Positions 1 through 9,912 of a DNA stretch of 64,000 nucleotides are shown in pieces; the first letter of the stretch is position 1; every line of letters begins with the position of its first letter. The stretch spans positions 853,504 to 917,503 of the forward strand of contig JBOEHK010000002.1 in assembly GCA_050633885.1 (NCBI GenBank), read 5' to 3'. The notes below the pieces were generated by a model. It ran no database searches. It was not told where the DNA came from and saw only the letters and a program-made list of their open reading frames with translations. Source of the stretch: Cellvibrionaceae bacterium (lineage in GTDB: Bacteria; Pseudomonadota; Gammaproteobacteria; Pseudomonadales; Cellvibrionaceae). Position numbers and translations under genes: made by a program.

Positions 1-248
1 GGGCCACGATGAAAAGCTCGGTTTAGTTCACTACCGTCATTTTTGTCTGCGAACTCGCGAGCGATACCGTCAGCAAGAAAGTAAATATGATCAGGTACGA
101 TGCCTTGAACTTGTAGATATAAACCATTGTTAGCGTGCACTGCTTCAATGGATTCAGACAGTGCGAACCATGCAGACAGGCTAATTTTATTCTGGGGGTC
201 AAAGGAAGATTTTAATGTCGCGAATTCGACTTGATCTTGATGATTCAT
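1..248 (-). CDS. hypothetical protein, 5' part only (runs off window start); weak resemblance to a cNMP-binding/Crp-like N-terminal domain
   Basis: Own minus-strand translation from ATG at 248: MNHQDQVEFATLKSSFDPQNKISLSAWFALSESIEAVHANNGLYLQVQGIVPDHIYFLADGIAREFADKNDGSELNRAFHRG. It stays open to the window edge. Not in the supplied ORF track. Confidence 0.3.
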   Translation of the reverse strand, partial: MNHQDQVEFATLKSSFDPQNKISLSAWFALSESIEAVHANNGLYLQVQGIVPDHIYFLADGIAREFADKNDGSELNRAFHRG

Positions 249-385
249 ATATTAATACAGCTCTTTCATAACGAATTATCGAACAGTGAGTATCTACGTT
301 ATGTTGCAGCAGCTTCAATTCCTTTTGTGCTGATATAAAAGAAGTCCGACTTTGTAATTCTTTCAGTAGAACTTGTGAGTCTATT

Positions 386-421
386 CAGTAGCCAGTAGCC
401 AGTAGCCAGTCAGTTCAGTAG
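386..421. repeat. tandem heptamer CAGTAGC x3 followed by degenerate CAGT/CAGTT/CAGTAG units
   Basis: Read directly: cagtagc cagtagc cagtagc cagt cagtt cagtag. Lies in the divergent intergenic region upstream of the STAND/SARP regulator. Confidence 0.9.
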
Positions 422-676
422 ATAACCTTTGAGATATTAAATGTATTGTTAGATGCTAAATCTATTTGAAGCTTACACTTAGATTATCCACTGTCTTGAT
501 GATGCTTATTATTGACACAAAAGGTTACAACTAGGGTTACAGGTTTGCTAAAAGGGTTAACCAAGTCAAATATCGAAAATTTTTTAAACTGATAAAGGTA
601 CGACTGATTAGTTTTGACTTCTGAAATTAGGCTTCATTTTTTTAATTTAAGAAATTTTAAAAGGTAATGGGTAAGA

Positions 677-3600
677 ATGTTAAAAGCGAAATTTAGGCCG
701 CCAAAATTACAAGATGTTGTTGAGCGGCCGCGACTAACAAGTCGGATGTCTGAAGCTTCTAGATCAAAAAGTATTTGGATGACAGGAGCACCGGGCGCAG
801 GAAAAACAACGGCAACCTTGCAGTATTTGGAGTCGACAGGGGTTCCGTATTTTTGGTATCGATTGGATCAAGAAGATAGCACTCCCGCGGGGTTTTTTGA
901 AAGCGCGAAAGCTCTCACTGAAGGTCTTGGTCGAAGTCTCGATGGCCTCCCTAATTTTACATTATCAACGAGCGACAATATTTATCGTTTTGCACAAAGT
1001 TTTTTTGCCCAGCTTTTTGAAAATTGGCAAGCCCCCTTTTATTGCATCATTGACGATTATCCTGATGTGCCAAGTGATTCAGTTCTGCATCGATTAGTGG
1101 CAACTGCTATTGGTTGTTTGCCCAGTAACTGCCATATTATTGTGTTGAGTCGGACCTTGCCAAGAGGCGATTTGGTTAGGTTGCTCGTGAATCGAGACAT
1201 TGCGCTTATTGATAAGGATGAAATTTTATTTGATCAGGATGAGATGCATCGTTTTTTACATTCGAATGATATTCATGATGAGGAAGAAATTAAAAGAATA
1301 AGATCTCAAGCAAAAGGCTGGGTTGCTGGAGTCATTTTATTGTTACACGGAAAAAAAGATGTAGATATTAAATCTTTACCCGTTGATACCAATGACCATC
1401 AAATGCTCTTTGAGTATTTTGCAAGAGAAGAGTACAACAATTACGATGAAGAATTAAAAATAATTTTAAAAAACACATCGCTCCTTCCTCAGTTTAATTT
1501 AAGCATGGCTGAAGCTTTAGCCGGACTTCCGATAGAATCCGTTGAAAAATATTTAAATGAGCAGCATAAATCTGGGCATTTTGTTGAAAAAAGAGATGTG
1601 GATGGCGTGATCAAATATCAATACCATCCGTTGTATCGACATTTCTTGAAAGGAATGGGGCAGCAAGGGGCTAGCTCAAAAGAACAAAAAACGATTATGT
1701 TAAAAGCTGCGTCGTTAGCTATTGCTGATGACCAAATTGAAGTAGCTGCTAGTTTAATGGCCGGTGCTCAAGATTGGGATAATTTAATAACATTGTGTAT
1801 AGAGCAAAGTAATAATGTACTAGATAAAGGAAGGAGTGGTGAATTTTTATGGTGGGTAAACAAGATTCCAGATGAAAAGAAAGAACAGAGTCTTTGGTTG
1901 TTGCTATCTCAGGCTCGAGCACTTCATATGGAAAATAATACGAAGGCTTTAGATGTTTATCATAACGCTTTTAAGATTGCGCAATTGGATGAGGATGTGA
2001 ATGGAATCTTCACAGCTTGGGCTGGAATTTCGTTGATATATGTTACTGATTGGGGTGATCTACACAGAATAGACCGGCATTTAGAAATATTTGATCAATA
2101 CAAAAGTCGGTATGCTGAATGCAGTCAAAATGCAATAAAAGTTTTTAGTATTTGTGCATTGTGGTGGTGCGTTAATTGGCGAACGCCTGATAATTTTGAT
2201 TTTGAGCAATTAGAGAAAAACTCTGTTGCTATGTTACAGGAAAATAAAAATCCATCGCGGCGACTTCAATTGTGCTCAGCTTTAATGTGGCATTATTCCC
2301 TGCGAGGAAAATCTCACTACGCAGAATATGTTGAAGCCGTTGCTGTTCAAGATGTATTGCATCAGTCTATTGACCCTTTTGTTCTTTGGAATGCTAATAA
2401 TACTAAAAATTTATATTTTGCTATTGCCGGTAAGCTTGATGATGTTGACGCTGCGACAGCAGAGTCTAAAAGGTTTGCGAGTCGCTGGAGCTTTCCGAAG
2501 GGAGGGTTAGCGCAGTTTGAAATTGCTTATTCCCACCTTTTGGCAGGAGACGCTGATTCTGCAAAGGCATCAATGGAAAATATAAGGGCTGAGAATTTAG
2601 AGAAAACGTTAGAAAAAGCAGTCTACCAAGTCTGTCAGGGGTGGTATCTTTGTGAAGTTGAAGAATATGAAAAAGCCATATCGGTATTAGAGTCAGCTAA
2701 AAAAGATTGTGAACAGACAGGCTATGTTCTTGGTCTACATATATGTAATTATTTACAAGTTTTTGCTCATGCAGATCCTCCTGACACAGAAACCCCAGAC
2801 TTTTTTTTGAATCAATTAAAAACTATTCAGCAATATACTTTTTCTAAACATTTAGAGCTAAAAGTCTTGTTAGCTGAGGCATGGTTAAGCCTTAAAAATA
2901 ATGATGTGAATTGTACAGCCAATGAGAAAGTAAGGCTGGCTCTTGTTTTTGCAAGAGAAAATGGAATTATTAATTACTTTGGGAAACTGAGTAGCATGCT
3001 GTCTACAATTTATAGCTACGCGCTGAGTGAAAAAATAGAAATAGAGTATGTATTAAAATTAATCGCAATCCAGAAAATAAAACCTGATAATTTTGGTCGA
3101 GTTTTGCCTGACTGGCCTTGGTCCGTGCGGGTTAGCACGCTAGGTGAGTTCTCGATTATTGTCAATAATCGTGTGTTAGATCTATCTCGGCAATCGGCTA
3201 GGCCTTTACAGTTGTTAAAATTTTTAATCAGTCGTGCTCGTACGCCTATTCCAGTACCAGAGCTGATTGAGTCCTTATGGCCCGAATTAGATGGAGAGAA
3301 GGGTGCGAATAACTATAAAGTGACTCTATCAAGATTAAGAAAATTGATTGGAAAAGAAAGTGTCATCCAAAGCGATAATAAATTATTTCTTAGCAGGTCG
3401 CATTGTTGGATAGATGCATGGGTTGTACAAGGACTTGTTAAAAGAACTGAGACTGAAGAGTTTTGGCTAAATGAACAATTGAATCGTTCCCATCGATTGC
3501 TTGAACTGTGTCAAGGTGCTTTTTTACCTAACGACAGCGATTACTGGTTGGTTTCGTATCGTGATGATATTCATAAAGATTATCTAAGCTTATTAAGGTC

Positions 3601-3844
3601 AGTTGCTGAAGGTTTTGTGGAGAATGGAAAGTTTTCAGAAGCTATTGAATTAGGGCACAAGGGTTTATCGATAGACGATACCAGCGAGCCTATTTATAGC
3701 GCTATGATGACGGCATACAATAAATTAAATCAACAGGATGCGGTGAAAAAAATATACCAGCAATACCAACAAATACTACAATCAAGATACAGCATAGAGC
3801 CTTCGAGTAATATGAAACAGCATTATCAAACCATGATGGTTTAA
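677..3844 (+). CDS. large ATP-binding transcriptional regulator: MalT/LAL-like STAND NTPase N-domain, helical/TPR-like middle, C-terminal SARP module (OmpR/PhoB-type winged helix + BTAD)
   Basis: Walker A GAPGAGKTT after a MalT-like RPPKL..VERPRL leader. The C-terminus has VRVSTLGEFSIIVNNRVLDL..RPLQLLKFLISR..ELIESLWPE..KVTLSRLRKLIG (winged helix). This is followed by CQGAFLPNDSDYWLVSYRDDIHKDYLSLL...SEPIYSAMMTAY (BTAD-like). Confidence 0.8.
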   Translation: MLKAKFRPPKLQDVVERPRLTSRMSEASRSKSIWMTGAPGAGKTTATLQYLESTGVPYFWYRLDQEDSTPAGFFESAKALTEGLGRSLDGLPNFTLSTSDNIYRFAQSFFAQLFENWQAPFYCIIDDYPDVPSDSVLHRLVATAIGCLPSNCHIIVLSRTLPRGDLVRLLVNRDIALIDKDEILFDQDEMHRFLHSNDIHDEEEIKRIRSQAKGWVAGVILLLHGKKDVDIKSLPVDTNDHQMLFEYFAREEYNNYDEELKIILKNTSLLPQFNLSMAEALAGLPIESVEKYLNEQHKSGHFVEKRDVDGVIKYQYHPLYRHFLKGMGQQGASSKEQKTIMLKAASLAIADDQIEVAASLMAGAQDWDNLITLCIEQSNNVLDKGRSGEFLWWVNKIPDEKKEQSLWLLLSQARALHMENNTKALDVYHNAFKIAQLDEDVNGIFTAWAGISLIYVTDWGDLHRIDRHLEIFDQYKSRYAECSQNAIKVFSICALWWCVNWRTPDNFDFEQLEKNSVAMLQENKNPSRRLQLCSALMWHYSLRGKSHYAEYVEAVAVQDVLHQSIDPFVLWNANNTKNLYFAIAGKLDDVDAATAESKRFASRWSFPKGGLAQFEIAYSHLLAGDADSAKASMENIRAENLEKTLEKAVYQVCQGWYLCEVEEYEKAISVLESAKKDCEQTGYVLGLHICNYLQVFAHADPPDTETPDFFLNQLKTIQQYTFSKHLELKVLLAEAWLSLKNNDVNCTANEKVRLALVFARENGIINYFGKLSSMLSTIYSYALSEKIEIEYVLKLIAIQKIKPDNFGRVLPDWPWSVRVSTLGEFSIIVNNRVLDLSRQSARPLQLLKFLISRARTPIPVPELIESLWPELDGEKGANNYKVTLSRLRKLIGKESVIQSDNKLFLSRSHCWIDAWVVQGLVKRTETEEFWLNEQLNRSHRLLELCQGAFLPNDSDYWLVSYRDDIHKDYLSLLRSVAEGFVENGKFSEAIELGHKGLSIDDTSEPIYSAMMTAYNKLNQQDAVKKIYQQYQQILQSRYSIEPSSNMKQHYQTMMV

Positions 3845-3976
3845 ACTGAAATTCCAAGATACTCAATACGAAAAATTAATAGACGCTAAATTATTTACTA
3901 TTACGAAAGACTGCTATTGTGACAGATTGAAAAGTTTTTACTGGGGTAGCATCGTTAATTGTTTGTAAAAGATAAG

Positions 3977-4450
3977 TTATAAAAGATATGTTTCGTTGAT
4001 CGGAATAAAATTATTGGCGGAGTCAATTAACGTGTTTGCTGTTAGAGCAGGAACGCCATAAACAACTGTATTTGTATTGTCATCTTTTTTTATTTTTTCT
4101 AGTAAAAGATCAAAGTCTCCATCACCAGACAATAAAACCACTGTATCCACATTGTTTGCACAACTCATGACGTCGATAGCGATACCCACATCCCAATCCC
4201 CCTTGGCTGAGCCATCTGCTCTTTGAAGGAAAGGCTTTAGTTTGACAGTGAAGCCAATTTTTTTGAGAGCATTTTGAAATTGAAGTTGTTTCTCGTCGCC
4301 GCGGTGTATGGCGTAAGCATTTGCGATGACAATATCACCGAGTTTGTTGATTTCATTCCATAGATGACGATAGTTAAATTGCCGTTGGAAAGTTTCTTTC
4401 GTTGTATAATAAATGTTTTGTACATCTACAAAAATAGCAATTTTATTCAT
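3977..4450 (-). CDS. NYN (LabA-like, PIN-fold) domain protein
   Basis: MNKIAIFVDVQNIYY at the N-terminus and VVLLSGDGDF motif, typical of LabA-like NYN domains. Lies 52 nt downstream of rhlE on the same strand. Confidence 0.75.
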   Translation of the reverse strand: MNKIAIFVDVQNIYYTTKETFQRQFNYRHLWNEINKLGDIVIANAYAIHRGDEKQLQFQNALKKIGFTVKLKPFLQRADGSAKGDWDVGIAIDVMSCANNVDTVVLLSGDGDFDLLLEKIKKDDNTNTVVYGVPALTANTLIDSANNFIPINETYLL

Positions 4451-4502
4451 TCGACAGTCTTCCCAATCAATGATATTAACTGTGTTTTCTGTTTTTGACG
4501 AA

Positions 4503-5870
4503 TTATTTAGGCATCGCTATTGGTTTTCTTCGGCTCTGAGATGATGATTTTTTTTGCGTATTGTTCGAATTATTATTTTTCACAGTGTTGTTACTCTTCT
4601 TTTTACCATAAGGGCTATTTTTAGAGTCATTGCCACCGTACGTATTTTTTGAACGATTATTTGTTCGTTTTTTATGATTGTTTTGTGGTTTTTTCGGTGC
4701 TCTGACTCGGCGATTGAGATCTGATGCTGGAAGATCATGATCTGGTTCGTAACCGTCTATTATTTCTCGGGGCAGAATTTTTTGGATCAATCTTTCAATG
4801 TCCGAAAGAAGTTTAAACTCATCTGCACTGACTAAAGAAATAGCTTGGCCAGTTGCTCCAGCTCTGCCGGTGCGCCCGATACGATGAACGTAATCTTCTG
4901 GCACATTGGGTAAATCGAAATTGACCACTTGTGGCAGTTGATCAATATCCAAGCCTCTTGCAGCAATATCAGTAGCCACTAAAACGCGAACAGTGTTGCG
5001 TTTAAAATCTGCAAGCGCTTTTGTGCGAGCGCCTTGGCTTTTGTTTCCGTGAATAGCGGCAGCTTTAATTCCACCTTCATTAAGGTAGGTGGTTAACTTA
5101 TTCGCACCATGTTTTGTTTTACTAAACACCAGTACTTGTTGCCACTGGTTATCGACGATGAGCTCAAGAAGTAGCGAAGGTTTTTTCTTCTTCTCGACAG
5201 GGCATATCCATTGTTTGACGCTTTGGGCCGTGGAATTGGCGGGCGCAACTGAAATTTCTGCAGGGTTGTTGACTAAACCTTTTGCAAGTTTTCGTATGTC
5301 GTCAGAAAAAGTCGCTGAAAATAATAAATTTTGTCTTTTTTGAGGCAATAATTTGATCACTTTTTTAATGTCATGAATAAAGCCCATATCAAGCATGCGA
5401 TCGGCTTCATCCAAAATAAAGACCTCAACTTGGTTAAACTTGACGGCATTTTGATTAAAGAGATCAAGCAGTCTTCCGGGGGTGGCAACAAGAACATCGA
5501 CACCTTTTCGAAGCTTCATCATTTGAGGGTTTATTTTGACTCCGCCGAATACAACAGTAGATGTTAATGGTAAGTGTCGGCTATAAGTAGCGACGCTCTC
5601 ACCGACCTGTGCAGCGAGCTCACGGGTGGGTGTTAAGATTAATGTTCGAATATGATTTGAACGGACGCGCTCGCCATTGGAAAGTAGCTCGAGTAACGGG
5701 AGGGTAAATCCCGCTGTTTTACCTGTTCCCGTTTGTGCTGCCGCCATGACATCTCGGCCTTCCAGAATAAAAGGGATAGCTTTTTCTTGTATAGGTGACG
5801 GCGTGCTATAACCTTTTTCAGATACAGCTTTCAGAATTGGGTCAGATAAACCGAGGGAGGAAAAACTCAT
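4503..5870 (-). CDS. rhlE: ATP-dependent DEAD-box RNA helicase, RhlE-like, with basic N/K/S-rich C-terminal tail
   Basis: Motifs [12 protein letters not shown] ([13 protein letters not shown]), [13 protein letters not shown]. Start placed at [10 protein letters not shown] (ATG 5870). The ORF track extends to 5906. Confidence 0.9.
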   Translation of the reverse strand: MSFSSLGLSDPILKAVSEKGYSTPSPIQEKAIPFILEGRDVMAAAQTGTGKTAGFTLPLLELLSNGERVRSNHIRTLILTPTRELAAQVGESVATYSRHLPLTSTVVFGGVKINPQMMKLRKGVDVLVATPGRLLDLFNQNAVKFNQVEVFILDEADRMLDMGFIHDIKKVIKLLPQKRQNLLFSATFSDDIRKLAKGLVNNPAEISVAPANSTAQSVKQWICPVEKKKKPSLLLELIVDNQWQQVLVFSKTKHGANKLTTYLNEGGIKAAAIHGNKSQGARTKALADFKRNTVRVLVATDIAARGLDIDQLPQVVNFDLPNVPEDYVHRIGRTGRAGATGQAISLVSADEFKLLSDIERLIQKILPREIIDGYEPDHDLPASDLNRRVRAPKKPQNNHKKRTNNRSKNTYGGNDSKNSPYGKKKSNNTVKNNNSNNTQKKSSSQSRRKPIAMPK

Positions 5871-6149
5871 ATAATATCTCAAATGGAATTGCGACTTGTC
5901 TATCAAGTCGCTTTGGCTGCGCAGCTTACCGGATAGGGGCTGCCAGCGCTATTAATTACGGTTATTCCCATTATTAATGTTTGGCGAAATTACGGGACTA
6001 AAATTGTGAAGATTATAGCGGCAGGGATTAGGCTTGAAGAGGTGAGACGTGTAAAAACAAAAATTTAACCGCAAAGCGAGAATTATTTCCTGGCTTAAAC
6101 GGTTAAGTCGGGAAATAAAAAGCAGTTGCTGGTTTTACCTTTATTAAAT

Positions 6150-8510
6150 TTAACGATTTTCTATTCGATTAAAATCAAAAATACCGGATTCAAGTGGTGA
6201 CATCATCTGTGCTTTTTTATAAAGCTCGTCACTAATTTTCCAAAAATACTGATCTGTTCTCCGTACGCCAAATCTATCTAAAAGTTGAGAGTAGTCAGCT
6301 TCACTTTCAATAGAGCTCATTAATTCAACCATCTCAGGAATTTCTTTTACTGAAACGCTTAATAAGGCATTAGGGTAAGCACCGATAAACCCGTTGGCAA
6401 TTGTTAAGGTGTCTTCATTTTTTAAGTGGCGGTCATCTTCAGAAAACATCGACGTAATATTGGTATATTTATTATTACTGAGTAATGTTAAAGCGCCGTA
6501 GCTTTCGATGTTAATAAAAAGAGATTGCGGAAGTATTGCGGCAGCGATACCTTCCACTTGATTTAATTTTTTAAGTGCCTCGATTGTCGATTCTGGAAGG
6601 TCTGATGCCTGAAGCTCGTACTTTTTGTGCGCTATAGCACCCCCGAGGTGAGTCTTTAATGCTTTGTATAACTCCAGTTTGGGTTGTTCTGTTGTATAGC
6701 GTTGAGACGTTTTGTCGGCATCTTCTTGAAAGTAAGCTTGAAAGTAATCTTCAACCTCATCAGTGGCATTTCGGTACCAATGGCTCACTTCGCTGGCTCG
6801 AGCTTCGTCGGGTAAAAATGCAAGAAAATTCATTTCAGATTCCATACGTAAAAAGTCCATATACATTCTTGTCATAGCCTGATGCGAAACGGTGCCAAAC
6901 ACATCAAAACCGGCGACTAATAAATAATGTATTCTTTCAAGAATGGGGTAATCAATAACCCAAGCCGTTTGAGGTGGTTCGCCCACAAGCCCCTGTAAAA
7001 CAGTTGCGCTATCAAAATGCCTAAATACCGTTAGCGCGGCATTTGGATTTTTTTTATCGCCATTCCAGATCATTGATAAACTATTTTGATTGGTACCTTC
7101 ATAGTGTTTTCGAACAAATTCTCCTTTTGCTTTTAGATAGCGCTGTTGTGATTTGGCATAGGTCCGCCAATGGCTGATGGACCAAAGGCCGCTTTCAGCC
7201 GCTGCTGGCATGCGTAAGTGTTTATCTTGCTTTGATAAAAATTGAGAAAATTCTTTTGTGTTCATTTCGCTAGGTGTGACAAAGAACACCCAAAAATTAT
7301 CTTGAATAACATTGAGTGCGATAGAGCCTCTACAGACAGCACCTTTGATAAAATTCATGATGGTGTATTGACCTTCGTCCAATAAAAACGAATGCCTGAT
7401 AAAAGCGGGGATTTCCTCGAATGTAATAAATGGATTAGATGCTTTTTCTATTTCATAGCTCGGGAGGTGAGTAACAGAATAGTCTGTTTCAAAAAACCAT
7501 TCTGTCCATTTTTGTTTTCTTGCTGCGTCTAACAAGTAAGGCATGTGTGTTTTGTCGATGATGCTGGAGGGGTCTTTCCATAATCGATAATAAACACGAC
7601 TTACCTTTGGATCATCGTAGGGGCGTCGAGTGCTAATTCGTTCAATGGATTGTCCGGGTGGTGTCTTCGAGCGAACTAATTTAAAAAAAGGTGTTTCATT
7701 GCCGCTGTCTTCAAAATATATGTGAGCTAGGTATAAGTGTTCAAATAGATAGCGTGAGACAACCCTTTCTTTTGTGGAGTCCCCGTTCAAAAAAGATTCC
7801 CATATTTCGATGTTGTTGAGAATATTTTTTGCTAAAGGTTTAGGTGTTCCTGATTTGGCGCCTTGAGCTAGCCAAGCATGAAGATCTGTATATTCCTGAT
7901 CTGGGATGTCTGGCATTCCAAAAGGCATACCCCATAAAGGCTTTTCTTCAGCAAAGCTGTTAAAGTTTTTGATGGTTGTACACTGTTGTTCTCGCTCTAA
8001 AGAAAAGTCAAAAGTGTCCGGTAATATTTTCCCATCGGGTAGCGGGTTTATTTTTTTGAGTTCAAGCATTCTCGCCATCAACCCCGCTTCTATGTTTTTT
8101 TCTGGAGAGTGCTGGTGTTCATTAATGACAGGGTGAAAATCAATTTCTCGCCATTCTGACGTTGTTTGTGCATCTTGAAATAACCGTGTTTGTCTTCCTT
8201 CCAGTAAACGACGACCGTTATAAACTCGCTCATCAATACCTCCTCGCAGTATCCCTTGATAAGACTCTAGTTTTAATTGGCAGGGAGCGTCGTAACAGCC
8301 ATGGCAAACAACACATCGCTTTTCCATGATAGGTCGGATATGTTGTTCGTAAGTAAGGGGTTGAGATTCTGAAGAAGTGTATTCAAGCGGATCTGAGGAG
8401 CCGAATAAGGAATCAAAATTCAGAGCTGAGATGGTAACGCATCCTATCAACAGTACAATGGCGAGACACAGAGTTGCGATACGCTTGTTAAAAAGTAATA
8501 AGATATTCAT
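6150..8510 (-). CDS. cti: fatty acid cis/trans isomerase (Cti), periplasmic haem c protein
   Basis: N-terminal signal/anchor, then CVVCHGCYDAPCQLKLESYQG (CXXCH haem motif plus the flanking Cti signature). Size is about 780 aa. Confidence 0.85.
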   Translation of the reverse strand: MNILLLFNKRIATLCLAIVLLIGCVTISALNFDSLFGSSDPLEYTSSESQPLTYEQHIRPIMEKRCVVCHGCYDAPCQLKLESYQGILRGGIDERVYNGRRLLEGRQTRLFQDAQTTSEWREIDFHPVINEHQHSPEKNIEAGLMARMLELKKINPLPDGKILPDTFDFSLEREQQCTTIKNFNSFAEEKPLWGMPFGMPDIPDQEYTDLHAWLAQGAKSGTPKPLAKNILNNIEIWESFLNGDSTKERVVSRYLFEHLYLAHIYFEDSGNETPFFKLVRSKTPPGQSIERISTRRPYDDPKVSRVYYRLWKDPSSIIDKTHMPYLLDAARKQKWTEWFFETDYSVTHLPSYEIEKASNPFITFEEIPAFIRHSFLLDEGQYTIMNFIKGAVCRGSIALNVIQDNFWVFFVTPSEMNTKEFSQFLSKQDKHLRMPAAAESGLWSISHWRTYAKSQQRYLKAKGEFVRKHYEGTNQNSLSMIWNGDKKNPNAALTVFRHFDSATVLQGLVGEPPQTAWVIDYPILERIHYLLVAGFDVFGTVSHQAMTRMYMDFLRMESEMNFLAFLPDEARASEVSHWYRNATDEVEDYFQAYFQEDADKTSQRYTTEQPKLELYKALKTHLGGAIAHKKYELQASDLPESTIEALKKLNQVEGIAAAILPQSLFINIESYGALTLLSNNKYTNITSMFSEDDRHLKNEDTLTIANGFIGAYPNALLSVSVKEIPEMVELMSSIESEADYSQLLDRFGVRRTDQYFWKISDELYKKAQMMSPLESGIFDFNRIENR

Positions 8511-8688
8511 AGGTATTCTTCGTTTGTGAGAGAAATATCAAGATAGTCACTGGCTAACAATACAATACGAAAGAAGTAGGATATCAGATTTACTGAGAAT
8601 GAATTGGTTCTTGTGAAGAAAATAAACAGGGGCTTAAAACAACCAGTGGAAAGGTTGTTTTAAGCAATGCGGTGCGACGGTGTGTCGA

Positions 8689-8892
8689 TTATTCTGTTGG
8701 AGAGAGCTCTCCAAATTTATTGTCGGTGGGAAGGGCTGGTTTAAATGCAATATGGCAACTTTCACAGATTGCTATCATATTATCTCCCGCCCTCCCGACA
8801 GCTTCCAAATCTCTCTCTTCGATTGCTGTTAGAGCTTTAGCTTCAGAGTCAGCTAGTTGACTAGAATATTCTTGCCAGCGGCTATCAGCGGA
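8689..8892 (-). pseudogene. C-terminal remnant of a class II (cytochrome c'/c556-like) c-type cytochrome, no usable start
   Basis: Own translation: SADSRWQEYSSQLADSEAKALTAIEERDLEAVGRAGDNMIAICESCHIAFKPALPTDNKFGELSPTE*. CXXCH lies near the C-terminus. The frame is closed by TGA at 8893-8895, and only 80 nt remain before the next gene. Confidence 0.4.
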
Positions 8893-8974
8893 TCAATACT
8901 ATTTAATTAAAAAAGGTAAAGTTAAGAATGTCGCGAGAGGTGAATATAATTGGCCGAGAGGAGGTTGATGATAA

Positions 8975-9871
8975 TTATTGAGAGGAAGGATACCGAATGG
9001 TAATGGGCAGTGGAGTTAAATACGAGTGTTTTTGCTCAGGTGTTAATGCGGTCAACGTGCCGAGCTTTTTATTAAAATCCTTGATGGCAGCAATTCTTCG
9101 GTCGTCCATTGGGTGAGTGGTCAATATTTCGGGTGTTATATTCTTGCCATGTATTTTTTTAAAAATAGAAAATATTTCATCGGCGCCAATAGCATGCCCA
9201 TAATGTTGATGTAAGGCTTTCATTGCTTCACTATCGGCTTCTGTTTCTTGATCTCGCCCAAATTTTAATGAAGTAATTAGGCCTACATTGCCAACAAGTC
9301 CTTGGGAAAAGCTACTGTCTCCAAATCCTGTTAGCGATGCAAGGGCAAGACCGATAGTAATGCCTCTTCCCAAAGAAACAATGGGATCTCGATGTTTGAT
9401 ATGAGCGATCTCATGACCTAGTACCATTGATAACGCATTTTCTGAAGAAAGCTTTTCTATGAGTCCGCGGAACATAAAGATGTGTCCGCCAAGTGTTGCG
9501 AACGCGTTCACGGTATCATCGTCGATATAATGGACTGTGATAGCCATGCCCTCGGGAAGTTCTTGATGTATTGATATTTTATTTGCTAGTTCTTGTAGAT
9601 AGCTTTCGATTTTTTCATGCTGTCTGTGTTGTTCAGAGTCACTGTCTTTTTTTTCTACATCGAATAATGTTGAGTTAAATTGTTTGGCTAGTTTAACTTC
9701 GGTTTCAAAAGGAATAAAACGTACTAAATACTCAGCAGCAAAAGCTAAAAAGACAACTAAGCAAATGACTCCAAGGCTAACAGCCGCTATTAACCACGCA
9801 AATTCTTTTAGTGGATGATCTGGAGAAACGTTGATCCCTTCTGGTATTTTAGGGTTGCGATAATTTGTCAT
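8975..9871 (-). CDS. M48 family zinc metallopeptidase, N-terminal TM anchor
   Basis: HEIAHIKHRD (HEXXH) plus downstream ETEADSEA. TM segment WLIAAVSLGVICLVVFLAF. Confidence 0.85.
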   Translation of the reverse strand: MTNYRNPKIPEGINVSPDHPLKEFAWLIAAVSLGVICLVVFLAFAAEYLVRFIPFETEVKLAKQFNSTLFDVEKKDSDSEQHRQHEKIESYLQELANKISIHQELPEGMAITVHYIDDDTVNAFATLGGHIFMFRGLIEKLSSENALSMVLGHEIAHIKHRDPIVSLGRGITIGLALASLTGFGDSSFSQGLVGNVGLITSLKFGRDQETEADSEAMKALHQHYGHAIGADEIFSIFKKIHGKNITPEILTTHPMDDRRIAAIKDFNKKLGTLTALTPEQKHSYLTPLPITIRYPSSQ

Positions 9872-9912
9872 TGTGTTTTATTTTTATCAATTCATTGTCT
9901 AATGATCAATCG

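Noticed and set aside
8672-8860. Plus-strand 62-aa ORF in the cti-M48 gap.
   Set aside because: The opposite strand over the same bases encodes a recognisable cytochrome c C-terminus (CESCH). The plus-strand ORF is best explained as its antisense shadow.
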